Positions 13,901-27,039 of a DNA stretch of 64,000 nt are shown in pieces (within the stretch, counting starts at the first letter, position 1; each line of letters begins with the position of its first letter). The stretch is taken from contig JANJGN010000021.1 of assembly GCA_026770705.1 (NCBI GenBank), forward strand, positions 98,394,001-98,458,000, written 5' to 3'. A program made the position numbers and the translations under genes. The DNA comes from Isurus oxyrinchus. Taxonomy: Eukaryota. The notes under the pieces were generated by a model. The model saw only the letters and a program-made list of their open reading frames with translations. It had not been told where the DNA came from and made no database searches.

Positions 13901-14549
13901 ATGCCAGGAGCTTAACGTAAACCAAGGGAAACAATGAATGACGGCAAAGTGTAGGTCTTCAATAGGCGCAGCAGCATGCAGGTGAACGCTGGATTAAAGG
14001 CAAGATTTTGGACTGTTTAGAAATGTTGTGGTACCTGATTTGGAGGGTATTTTGTTCCAGAGATGAACACAGAAGGCGATAAGTGTGTGCGTGTGATGAG
14101 AGGCACACAGACATTAGCAGTGATGGCCTTATCTGTGATTGGTACAACCGGAATACAAACACCACGTGAGATGAAATTTGAGGGCGGTAGCCATGAATAT
14201 GGTAAGCCGAGTTCAAACACAGAGTATTGTGTTTCAATATCTTTCTGCACAGGGAGGATCCAGAAATAACCTGAGCAGACAGTCAAATGCCTCGTGTAAC
14301 GATCATAATAAAGCTCCAGGAAGAAAAGTTCGCCTTATAATTTTTCGCCAGTCCAGAATCCTCTGTTGCAGTGATAATAGTTCCAGCTATAATTGCTCGA
14401 TTGTATACAAAATTACTGTTTAAAAATTATGAACAAAACGGTGGCGTGAAGCAATGCACTGGCATTTTTCAATTTTCTTTCATTGAATCTGATATAGTAC
14501 ATGCCTGGAGACACAGCCGCCAATTGTGCAACACAATAACTGGAGTGGT

Positions 14550-16050
14550 GGGTTGGACAAGGAGAGATACACAAAGTGTTTCACTTGGAGGGACGGAAAT
14601 TTCTCAGAGGGTTATCGGCTTGAACGAGATTACAAGAAAGGGAAAGGGAGTGGAAAGGCAGCCGAAATGTGAGAACTTTAAAATGGAGGCACGAATGGTT
14701 GAGGAGTCAAAGGAGGTCAGCGAATGGCATGTGAACCAGACTTAGTCCGATTTCGGATATTGGAATCAGAGTTATGGATTCGGTGAAAATTCCAAAAGAT
14801 GGAATTTGGGGAGCCAGCCTGGAGAGCATTGAAATTATCAAATCTGAAAATAGGAAAATCATGTATGAGAATTGTATCAACTGAGGCAGGAAATGTTACG
14901 GAAGTGGGCATCGCCGGCCTTTACGATGGACAAGATATGAGGTTGGAAATTCCATTCATGTTCCAATATGACGCCATGGTTGCAAAGAGGCTGATGCAGC
15001 CTGAGGCATCGGCTAGGGTCATGGAATGGGTAACCAACAGCTAGAAGTTGTGGCAGGGTCAGAGATATTGGCTTCGGGATTGCCCAAAGTTTACATGCAC
15101 AAATTTCAAACTGTTCAAGATTTTAAAACAGACAATTATATTAATAATCTGATAACACAGAGGTTGTTGTCGTGGAAACAGGTGGTGCTGAAGAAGAAAT
15201 GGGTGTCCTCATTAAGAACAGAGAACAAAATGCCAAATGTTCCGAAGATGTCACAGAGGATCAAGCTGTAGATCTGAAACAGGAAAAGGGCAAGGATACC
15301 ACCTTGGTTCGGCTCCAGATTTTAAGGGCGGACGGGAGGGATAAAAATTAATTTCAGGAGATCCTCCGGCTGTAATTCGATAAGTGAATCTTTAACCTGT
15401 CGACAGCTCTCACTCAGCTGGGTGATGGGTGACAAGTGATATAGGAGAAGAGTATACTCAACCATGTCTTAGGCTGCGGACAGGTCGAGAAGGAAGAGGG
15501 GGCCTAGTGCACCAGGTTCCCAGACACATAACATGCCGTTCGTCACCGGAAGAGCTGGCTGGAGCATTCTGAACATGGAGTTGTGAGAAAGATGTGTGCG
15601 GATTTTAGAGGGGACAAGTTGATGCAGGACTTTGCACTTGAAGCAGAGGTTGGAGAGCGCAGCAGATGGAGAGGTGTTCAGGGCGGGATTTTCTGAGGGC
15701 CAGTAATGACAGTATTTTGCAAAGGAAAGGTGTAGTGCAGAGCAAATTCATGAATTAACAATGTCAGCAAGTACGAAGGCCCGGCGGAAAAGTCAGGCGG
15801 TTAACCGTTTAGGTTTGATAGAGCAAGATGTGCTTGAAGGACGAGGTAACTTGGGAGAAGGCATCAGGGGAGAGAGAGTTTCAAGTTAGGGCAGGATTTG
15901 GGGATTTAAAGAGCCCTTGGCTTGATGTGAAAAGGGAATGGAAGTATACGGTGGGGCAGGTGAAGAGACATTGGCCTCCCTGAGCTCCTTGCATTTTTTT
16001 GGAGGTCCAAATGACAAGGCCAGGAGAGGGAGAACTGTTTAAGCAGACGG
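14550..16050 (-). mobile_element. Old L2-like LINE remnant
   Basis: Purine-rich decayed sequence resembling 27040-27850 and 33700-33960; no intact motif recovered. Confidence 0.4.
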
Positions 16051-19000
16051 TTCGTCCTCGAGGAAAGAAGCCGCTGGTTATTTTTAATTTCTGGGCCGTC
16101 CTGGATTACGGACCCGATTTCACAGAGGCGACCACTGCGAACGGAAGTTTCGTGGATTCCAGTCATCCCTCTCCCTCTCTCTCTCTCTCTAGCAGCTCCT
16201 CGAAGCGAGGAGGACGCTTGTCAGGTGGTAAGAGCTTGCATGTGGAGTCTGTTTAGCGCCGGGCGGCTATCGCGCTGAAACTACCTCGTGGTTCCGGCTG
16301 ACCTGGAAACTCCTACCGCCTCCCACGTGTATATCGGATGGATTTACCGGCTGATATACAACCTGTGAGGCCACGTCCAGGAGCGGGACTGGAAAGCGAC
16401 GCTACCCAATGCGCCGCCTCCTCCGGTCACATCTATTGCTTAACGGCGAAACGAGATTTTCACCATTCGCGTTTAAAACTGGGCCCTTTTTACTCCTGGG
16501 ACAGAGGTGGTGGGAATACCAAGGAAAATCATGCTGACAAGTAAGATTAGTTGTTCTACGGGAGACAGGAGTATCAAACGTGATGATCATATTGTGATTG
16601 AGCCAATCAGTAGTTGCACAGCAAAGATTGGAGGGTACGGGGCATTTGCTCTTGCAATTGACAAGTAACTTAAAGTAATATAATTTCATGCAGCAAATTC
16701 ATAATACGACTACTTCAGTCTACACGAAATATCATATAAACATAAATTTGCATCGACATTATCGTAGCGGTAAAATGACACTTGCAGCACATGATGGCAA
16801 ATGACCCTTGTTGGAATGCAGATCACCAGATGAGGACACCACCTCAGACAGACCGCAATATTTGGAACACCGCGACCATAAAACGGTTTTCGAAAGGAAA
16901 ATGGAAGATGAATTGGAGGAACCAAGGGTAAGATCAGATTGTTTCTTCACTATTTGGAAAATAAAGTCGAGAGATGTACAAAACAGAAATGTCTTGTGAC
17001 AAATAATCACAGGATTGCTTGTGATTTTCGGGGAGCTGATGTTTCAGACGTTTTCACTGATACCTTCCATGTGCACAGGTTAGCAGTGGGAGCTCCGTGT
17101 GTTCAGTGCGGATACTGCGGTTTAGGGTCACTTGAATGGAGAAAGTTTTCAATACCTGTCAACGCATTCGTGTTATCTCATATATCCTTCTGGAAAAGAT
17201 ATTTATTTTGTGCTTACAGAAAACATTGGCATTGCTCTTACTCTTGCTTTCTTGTGGGTCTAAAAGGGGGAAAGTTTCTATTCATTTTTGCCGCGTGATA
17301 TTCACTGGTTGCAAATATTGCATTTGAGCAGCTCCGGCTCAGGAAGCATATGCACTGTGCAGCAGACTGTCACCTTTCAAGAGTCCCCACCAAAGCCTAT
17401 TCCAAAGTCGCACAGGACCTCTCCAGATATCTGACTCTTGGCTTTAACATGATGAGAGCAGGCCCCATAATGACACACAAAATGGCACCATCCAGTTAAG
17501 ATTTGATTCTGGGGGCAATTATTTTTACTGGAACTGCCGGAGGATCATTCAGCATCACCGATGTCGCTAACCCCGGCATCCAGGGTTTCAGGTGTACTGT
17601 CTCATTTGGCCTTGCGATATACAGAAGGCACACAGGCTGCATCAGTATGAAGGACATGTGGTAGAATCATGGACACAGCCAGTTTATGGGTCGCAGTTAA
17701 TAAAGGCAAGGTTGGCTTTAAATTCTTTCTGAAAGAGCCAAGGAATACATTGCGTTGTGGCAAACCATCGCAAAAACAGGAGGATGGAATAATGATAAGG
17801 CTTGCTGGAACTGGTCCCCATCAGAAATTCTCAGCCCAGGTAGGAAGTCTGTGCAGTACGCATCCAACCAATTTTCCTAAAGCCAGTGTACACTTGGACG
17901 CCTTAACCAATGGAAGAATTTGGATCTGATTCAGATGAAGGGCTGTTGGTATCTTTAGCCAATTTAACTCCTAAATTCCAAATTCAAGAATTAGATTAAT
18001 AATTTCTGTTGAGCTGGCCTACAAAATACGATCAGGCGAGAGACAGAGAGTCAAACAGGTATGGTGAAATAAAGAAGAAGTTAGCATTGGTTATTCCGCA
18101 AGGGCTGAGCCGACAGCAAATTTGAAGTCTTTCTCTTCTGTCTAAATTATCCACTACGGGTGATTACCTGGCCTTCAGAATAGTGTCGCCCTAAAAGTCC
18201 TGATACTGTTGCACCGATGATGTCTCGATTTTATACGTAATTCTGGGAGGTCTCGTGCCATATTTGTAAATGACTTGCTATTAACCCTTTCAATAGGCTA
18301 AAGGTTAGGTCATTAGATTCCTCCCATCTGCATGGCTCAAGTCATGTATCTAGCAACTTGAAAACAGGTGTTAATTCTTAGTAATCAAACAAAGCTGAAG
18401 ATAGAATTGACATTCTTTTTTAAAAGCTTTGAGCTGGTTGATGTTGTGACAAAGGGGTGCTATAAGCATCCTTAATCAATCAACCGCCTAACTCTTAAAA
18501 ATAGCACTTTCCCACAACACTGAAAGCCTTGAGTTGTCCCAAGCTGTTCCACAGCTGCGAATTGAAACAACCTGACTTTAACTGGTTAATTATCTCTCCT
18601 CTTAGCAGGCAAGAAATTAAACTAGTGTGTATCAAGTGTGCTTAATATGAAATCTCCAAATGTTAGTCCCAATCAATATGAAATCGTAAAAATAGCAGAA
18701 TGTCGAAATCTTACACCAGGAATGAACCACTGACCGGCCAGGCATCAATAGCTGCAAGCAATGGTAGTGCAATTCTGAGCATGAAACTAACCTTTATATA
18801 TGAGATCGTAGTTCCTAATCTGAAAACGTCTGAATAAAAATCTCTTTCTTGGATTGAAATGATCTGTAATGTAACAAATGCAAATTATCAAAATCAATAT
18901 AAATTTACTGTAAATATAACTATAATTAAAGTAAAATTCTCCTGTTCCAGTTTCTCATTACCACTGGGAAATGTGCATCACGACCTTCTATTCCCATTGA

Positions 19001-19156
19001 GCATTGGAGTAAAAACAGCTAATTAAATAATTTGTTCAAGTGGCTGTGAAAAGCGTCACTTATTGTCTGAGCAAAATGTCACGCTTGAGAATTCTCATAA
19101 GTATAAATTGTTCTAATGTCAACGTAACTCGACGGCGTACAGATAAAATCAAGGAA

Positions 19157-21990
19157 ATGGGACTATATATACTTTCTCAGATAGAGGCAATTTACTATCC
19201 TATCCTCGCAATTGTTGATATTTTTGGTAAATTATACCAATAATTCTTAGTCTGTCAGGGTATGGCTGCATTACTGCCCTTGCAGCCAGTCCAGCAATGT
19301 CATCTATTCAGGCACTATAGTTCAACTTAATTTCACTTCATAGTTTTCTTCCTTTACTTTGTTGTTACAGTGTCTACAGGTTGCATAACCATTGCGTATT
19401 TCACAAAGGAAAACATTCAATGTTTTTGAAGCATTTATGTTCCCAACACAGAGTTTTAAGTCATTATACAATACACGTCATGTACATCTTCGTGAATCTC
19501 GTTTACAAAGTTGAAACCAGGATGATTTGCAGTTGTCTCACATTTCAGTTAATGTAAATTGTCAATGTGCTATAAATCCCTTGCTTTCAACTTGTATCTA
19601 TGAATGAACTATATCATTCTTTTTTACCCCACACTAATCCCTTCTATTAGGTGCTCAGTTTATCTCCCCATTGAACCGTCTTAAATACCAGTTCTCAGTT
19701 TTTAACAGTCACTCTCTGGCTGCGATGTTTTAGATTGGGTTCTAACTGACATTCAGTCCTGTGTTTGATGTGAGGTGGATTATATCTCTCTTTCGAATTG
19801 TACAGCTCAGGTCAACATTTTCTGTCTCTCTGTTTAGAAATAGCATAATTTTGTGAACAGAATATAAGAGAATTGCAATTCAAATAGTTGACATGCGCTC
19901 ATCTTTAAACTACCAAAATAAGAAGAAATTCTGCAGATATTAGAGTTTCATTTAATTAAACTATTTGAGGAATGTAACAGGAGTGTACATTCAATGAAGG
20001 GATCTCGGCTCATTGCCCTGGTTTGTTGAGATTATTGAGTGTGCATTTCTGAATCTCCCATTCCTTGGTGGAATTCGCTGCTGCAGCATTAGAATTTCCC
20101 CACTGCTGTAATTAGAGGGACCACTCCTGCCACGATTCATTATATGAAAAATCGATTTCCGGCACCTTTCGTAAATGTTAAAAGATATATGAAAATATTT
20201 CATTTCGCAGAAAATTATTCATGCAACGAAGTCGATCATTTACGTTAAGGGAAAATGTGAAACAACGGCAAATCATTCTGTATTCAACATTGTATAAGAA
20301 ATCTCAGAAGATGTACACGATGTGTACTGTTTAATGAATTGAAACTTTTGTGTGGGGAACATAAAACAAGAGCAGGATTTTAAAACTGCGGAGCGTTCAG
20401 TTAGTCGATGCAACACGCAACAATGTATATTCTACCTGCTGTATTAGTGTTTTACAATGTTAGGACACCTGATTAATTGATTGATTCCTTGGCTCGTTGC
20501 TTCTGTGATTCCTATACTGAGTGAATCACTGGGGCAATTTTGACTACTCGCTCTGGTATAAGGAGAGACAAATGATCGACCACCTCTTCTACATTTCTTT
20601 CGATGTTAACTTCCCTTCAGTTCAATAGCAAGCAGAATCGTGGAAGAATGATCATGAACAGCTGATCCCATATCGCCGCTTCTCAACTCTCCCGATTATA
20701 TTTCCACTGAAGTCACTGGGGAGGTAAAATGTGCTGCCTCCTCAATTTTATCCGTTTACACTATTACACAAAGGCAAGATCTACCGCTGATCACCTCAAC
20801 TTACTCCATGTGTGTTCCCAATAATTGTAAGAAAAATTATCTAATTGTATATGCAGGACCGAGTTACCTGGAAATATTCACTTCAAAAAGCATCAAATAT
20901 TTACTTTTTCAGAAACATATTTTTGATATAAAGTGAAGTGGATGGGGTATGAAAGCGGCTGTTGATTCACCAACAGCGGGTTCATGCGAATCCTGAAACT
21001 AAATGAGCCCTATTGCAAGGAGCAAACAGGAACTGGGTTGAGCGACTGCACAAATGATTTCGTGTTAATTTCTATATAACATATTCTCAAACTGAGTTTT
21101 CCAGTGAGACGGGAGTAAGATTTTTTTCACTTATGCCCCTCAGAGGCAATCTATTGGCGATTGCGACTCTCGTGAAAAGTGCGGACTTTCTAAATGTATC
21201 ACTCGTTACATGGTGGCCATGGCAACGACATATCCATTGGTGATAATATTTGATGCATTATTGTATGAGATGAAAGAGATATTCATTTCTCATATACATT
21301 CTTAGATTACACTCCTGTCTGCCGCCTCAATTTAGCGCCGACTTTTGCAGTTATTGGTTGTTCTGTCTGGTTAACGGTCGCTTTCACCATTGATCGATTC
21401 ATCAATATTTGTTGCCAAAAATTGAGAGTCAGATATTGCACTGAAAGAACAGCGGCCATGGTTATAGCCACTGTCTTTGGAGTGAACTTTGTCGAAAACA
21501 TTCCAATTTACATTAAAAGCGAATCCCTGGAAATTATGAACAATACAGCACGGTTCTGCCGTTTAAAATCACGCTCCTCGAATTTACCTATATGGGTAGC
21601 ACGTTTCTTCATTGACATTACCTTAACATCATTGGCAACATTGTTGATGGTTGTCCTGCTCAATGCTCTGATCATCAGTCACATTATACGGGACAGTTGG
21701 GTGAGGAGGGGACTCCAGGGAATCAAAAATCGTGAGACTCCCAATGATCCAGAGATGGAGAACTGAAGAAATTCTATTATATTACTGCTGGCCGTTTCTG
21801 GCTGTTTTATGCTATTCTGGATGGTAACCTTTGTACATTTCATGTGTACACATTTTACACGTATTCCCTCAATGCTGACAGATTACAATGATCCTTTCGT
21901 CATCATGGAGCACGCTGACTATATGTTAGAGTATTTGAGCTCTTGTGCAAACACATTTATCTATACAGTGACTCAGGTTACATTCAGAGT
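19157..21990 (+). pseudogene. GPR139/GPR142-like class A GPCR pseudogene, copy 1 (exon 1 19157-19226, exon 2 from 21146)
   Basis: Exon 1 MGLYILSQIEAIYYPILAIVDIF ends at a phase-1 GTAAAT donor. Exon 2 has KCITRYMVAMA, SVWLTVAFTIDRF, CCQKLRVRYCT and LSSCANTFIY. Disabled by a 2-nt deletion at ~21170, a second frameshift, TGA at 21764-21766 and truncation by a CR1 at ~21990. Confidence 0.9.
19375..20441. mobile_element. Fossil DNA transposon / MITE with ~190-bp terminal inverted repeats in the GPCR intron
   Basis: 19435-19560 (ATGTTCCCAACACAGAG..TGTACATCTTC..GATGATTTGCAGTTGTCTCACATTTC) is the imperfect reverse complement of 20240-20365. Confidence 0.65.
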
Positions 21991-23288
21991 TCCGCAGCGC
22001 CTCAGATGCCAGTCTTTTGCCAGTTCGATTTGCTCGAAGTGATATCAAGAAACAACTGGATACTGCAAATGCTATGGGACCTGACAATATTTTGACAATA
22101 GTTCTGAAGGCTCGAGCTCCAGAACTTGCTGCACCCCTAGCCAAGCTGTTACAGTAATGCTAAAGGCTGGCACCTATCCAGCAAAGTGCAAATTTGCCCA
22201 GGTGTTTCCCGTACATAAATAGCAGGACAAATCCAACCCCGGCAATTACCGCCCCATCAGTCTACACTCGACCATCAGTAAAGTGAGGGAAGGGTCCATC
22301 ATAGGTGCTATCAAGTGGCATTTGCATAGCAATAACCTGCTCACTGACGTTCAGTTTGGGTTCCACCAGGTTTACTCAACCCCTGACGTATTCCAGCCTG
22401 GGTTCAAACATGTACAAAAGAGCTGAACTCCAGAGGTGAGGTGAGAGCGGCTGCCCTTGATATCAAGCTGCTTTTGACAGAGTGTGGCAGCGAAGAGTCC
22501 TAGCAAAAAAGGAGTCAATGGGAATCAGTTGGGGTGAACCTCCCCATTGGTTGGAGTCATGTCTAGCACAAAGGAAGATATTTATGGCTGTTGGAGGTCA
22601 GTCAGCTCAGCCCCAGGGTATCACTGCAAGAGTTCCTGCGGGTAGTGTCCTTGGCCCAACCAACTTCAACAGCTTCATCAATGCCCTTCGCTCCATCAAA
22701 AAGTCAGAAGTGGGGATGTTCGCTGATGATTGTACAATGTTCAGCACCATTCCCAACTCTTCAGATTCTGGAGCAGTCCATGTCCAAATGCAGCAAGACC
22801 TTTGGCTGACAAGTGACAAGTAACATTTGTGCCACACAAGTACCAGGCAATAACCATCTCCAAGAAGAGAGAATCTAACTATTGCTCCTTGATGCTCAAT
22901 GGCATTACCATCGCTGAATCCCCACTATCAACATCCTGGGCGTTACCATTGACCAGAAACTGAACTGGACTAGCCATATAAAAACTCTGGCTGCAAGAAC
23001 AGGTCAGAGGCTCGGAATCGTGCAACAAGTAACTCACCTCCTGACTCTCCAAAGTCTGAACAGCATGTACAAGGCAAAAGTCAAGAGTGTGATGGTATAC
23101 TCCCCACTTGCCTGGATGAGTGCAGCTCCAACAACACTCAAGAACGTCGAAACGATCCAGGACAAAGTAGCCCGCTTGATTTCCACCACATCCACAAACC
23201 GTCAAATCCCGCTCCCTCCACCAGCGTCGCACAGTGGCAGGAGTGTGTACCATCTATAAAATGCATTGCAGCAACTTACCAAGGTTCC
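21990..23288 (+). mobile_element. 5'-truncated CR1 LINE, RT region
   Basis: NYRPISLHS, VPAGSVLGP, MFADD, YKAKVKSVMVYSPLAW motifs, with stops. Confidence 0.9.
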
Positions 23289-23688
23289 TCCTCAATATTA
23301 TCCATTTACCTTATTACACAAGGTCAAGATCTACCCACTGATCACCTCAGCTTACTCAATGCTTGTAAGGAAAGTGAACTAATAGTATATGCAGGGCCGA
23401 GTTACCTGGGAACGTTCACTTCATGCGGCATCAACTATTTACTATTGTGGCACATATTATTGTTGAAAAATGAAGTGAACATGGTATGAAAGAGGCTATT
23501 GACTCACCTTGATCTGATTTTGTGCTACCGCCTGAAACCAGTTTCACCCCATTGCAAGAAGCAAAGGCAAGCTGAGATGAGAGGCTGCACAGATAATTTG
23601 GAGTTCATTTCTATACAGCACATTCTCAAACTGAGTTTTCCAGTGAGATGAATGTGAGAAATATTTTTTTATTTTATTTTCCTCATAG

Positions 23689-24766
23689 GTAACTTGTTAA
23701 CGATTGTGACCCTCTCTCGTGGAAAGTACAGTCTTTCTGAATGCATCACTCGTTACATGGTGGCCATGGCAACGGCAGACCTACTGATGATAATATTTGA
23801 TGTAATATTGTATGAGATTAATGACATTTATTTCTCATATACATTCTTAGATTACACTCTTGTCTGCCGACTCAATTTCACCCTGACTTTCGTAACCATT
23901 TATTATTCTGTCGAGCATATTTCTTACTAGCATACAAATCCTCAAGTCAGATCTCCCTCACTGCTAGTCCAGTTCACAGCTATCAAGCATCACTGTTGCA
24001 TGGTAAATTGTACAGATGTGTGTCTTCAGCCTATGCAGAGTACTGCTTTAAAAGTACTTGACCCCTGGGATACTATATCACAGATTGAGATATGTACAAT
24101 CATAGCTTTCACCTTTGATCGATTCCTTGCTATCTGTTGCTAGAAACTGAGAATCAAGTATTGCACTGAAAGAACAGCGGCCATAGTTATGGCTACTGTC
24201 TTTGGAGTGTTCTTTGTGGAAAACATTCCAAAATACTTTGCAATTGAACCTTTGGAAATTATTAACAATACAGAATGGTTCTGCCGTGTAAAATCAAGCT
24301 CCTCGGGTTTACCTATATGGGTGGCATATACCTTCTTTGACGTTACATTAACACCATTGGCACCTTTTTTGATTATTGTCCTGCTCAATGCTCTGACAAT
24401 TAGTCACATTGTACGGGCTAGCCGAGTGAGGAGGAGGCTCCAGGGAATCAAAAATGTTCAGACTCAAAATGATCGCGAAATGATGAACCGAAGAGAAACC
24501 ATTATATTATTTCTAGCAGTTTTATACTGCTCTGGACAATAACAACGGCGCATTTCATATGCACACACTTTATAGGAATTCCCTTATTGCTGACAGAGTA
24601 CAATGATCCTTTCGCCATCATGGAGCGCACTGGATATATGCTACAGCGTTTAAGCTCATGCACAAACACATTTATCTATGCAGTTGCTCAGGCGAAATTC
24701 AGAGAAGAATTGAAGAATCTCATTAAATATCCCTTGACTCATTGTTCAGTGCGTGATTTCATATAA
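23689..24766 (+). pseudogene. GPR139/GPR142-like GPCR pseudogene, copy 2 (exon 2 only)
   Basis: Acceptor CTCATAG then GNLLTIVTLSRG..YMVAMATADLL, AFTFDRFLAICC, LSSCTNTFIY..AKFREELK. Has a ~190-bp insertion at 23912-24103, TAG at 24141 and a frameshifting deletion near 24515. Confidence 0.9.
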
Positions 24767-27039
24767 TTGAAACTGAATGTTATGTAACCTCAGTGCAGAA
24801 ATTATGTACTATGCATCACAATCAACCCTGTAAATCCTTTAAAATTGGATTGCATTTTCTCTCCTTCCTTCTCTCTCCCCAAACCGCACCCCCGTTACCA
24901 TCCACTGACCACCGGCCTTCCCTCTCGTTCTCTATCTCAGAAAGCTATACTGAAGCAATATGCCACTCGAATAAACGCAGTTAAATGAGATGGCTGAAAT
25001 TTGTTTTCTGTAGGCTCGTAGTTTGGTCGAAAGCAAAACGACGGCCCGTGTTACAATTTGTGTGATTTTATTTTCCATTTTGTTTAATGGTTGTAGATTT
25101 TAAATTAGCGATCGTGTGAAACTGGAAATATTGGAACGTTGACTCTTCAGAATCCTATCCCAATGTGTATTTCCAATCGGCAGGACAACCGGGAGAGGGG
25201 CGTAATGGCGGCTGATCCGATATCACCATGGTAAACTTTAAAACTAAGGCAAAGCACAAGACGGGCTATCAAACCGCTTTCCTTGGCCAAGACCAATTTA
25301 TATCCTTTGAATCCATTAATACTTATATTGCATTTCCTTCCTTCTATCTCTCCCCAAACCGCACCCCCACCCCCGCTCCCCACCCTCTTCCGATTCCCTC
25401 TTCCTGCAGTCACAGAAAATCCCGAAATAGTATCTAAGCAGACAGTTGAAACACATCAATATTCCAGAAAATGAGTTTCCCAGTGTTGTTCCTTATGTAG
25501 ACACGCACCTCAGCTATTCTAAACAAACATTCGGCAGAACTAAAATGCAATAAGTGGCTGGTCAAATGCTGCTGTGTACCTGATGCAGGAGTAAGATCGG
25601 TGAGAACACTACTAAGAAATGGTTGATTTTCTTCATGCGAGACTGAGGAAACAAAAAGTGGGAATTTGGAACGACTCACCATGCAGCAATTATTCAGATA
25701 CACCAAACGTTAATTTTGTGCAACTCCCCGTTCGCACCACACACAACCCATCCATAAGAAGGCATTTTACAATTATACAACGGAGTATTTTGCTTTTCCA
25801 CAAGGTTTTCCGTCAAGATGTAGCTGGGGGATGTGCGCGGAGTGTTCACAGTTACTGCAGAATGAGAAGTGCCTGAACGCACTCTCTAATCTCCAAAATT
25901 ACTTTCAACCCAAGTCCTGAATAATGCAGCATCCAATACCTGAGCACATCTGTGCCTTGATTTGAATAAGTGGGTGAGAGTCTTTCCCATGGAGCAACTC
26001 ATTCTAATGGACTTTTGTTAGATTTCTATTGGGGACACTTTTAAATAAAAAACGATAAAACTAATGTTTATTTGAAAACAGCCGTGAGATAAGCCAGAAC
26101 ACAATGATGGCTCCTGGGTCATTATTTCGCACTATCAATTGCAACATATTTTCGGGATAATTCATTGTCTGTGCAATTATTTCGGTAGGAATGTTAAAAT
26201 ATTCTAAGCAGATTGCATTTGAATTTATGATAAGCAATGCCGCCTAAGAAACATTCGTAACAAGGCACTGGGAAGAAAATGTCGCTTTGCAATTGTTTGT
26301 CAGCCCAGGCTATCCTGTAGTCGTGATAATAGTTTCTGTTCCAATCGCTTTATTTTAATCTAATTGCCTTTTTTTAACAGATGTAAAAAAGTTGGGTTTA
26401 CGCCATGTGCTTGTCTTTTGCAATTTTTCTTCATCAAATATAATGTAAAACTGCAAGATCAGCCGTCATACATTACAAGTAAAAATAAAATATCAACATC
26501 CACGAAAACGCTGTCGACTAATTTTGCAATGTACGTTTCATTATGTCTGGGACCAAATATTACCATTTAGACCACGTTTTGGAGCCAAATTTTCTATTTT
26601 AGTTCTCTATTTTCCCAACTCCATCTAAATGCATTCCTTGCTTGATCCAATCCCCATCAAATTTTCCTTTTCACAGAACACAATTTCAAATGAATTATGC
26701 ACTGCTATTTCTTCAAGTTAAAAATCTATTCCAGTTCAAAAGTAAAGGAAACTCACAATTACAAGAAGACTTATCATTTATTCATATTTTCTTCTGATCC
26801 TAAATTACGCCCATGAGAACAAATACATCCATTTTTTCAACCTTTGAAAATCTGAAAATAACATTGCCCCCAGCCGCATTCCCTCTCAGAAATTTGAGCG
26901 AGCGGATTGACACAATTTTAGGCCCGGTACTCCAAGTAACTCATAATCCGCAGATTCCCCCTCTTCCAATATAGCCCCGCCTTGCGCATTATCGATGTTT
27001 TTTTCCGTAATCAGTCACAAGAACATGGTAAGGGAGCAC

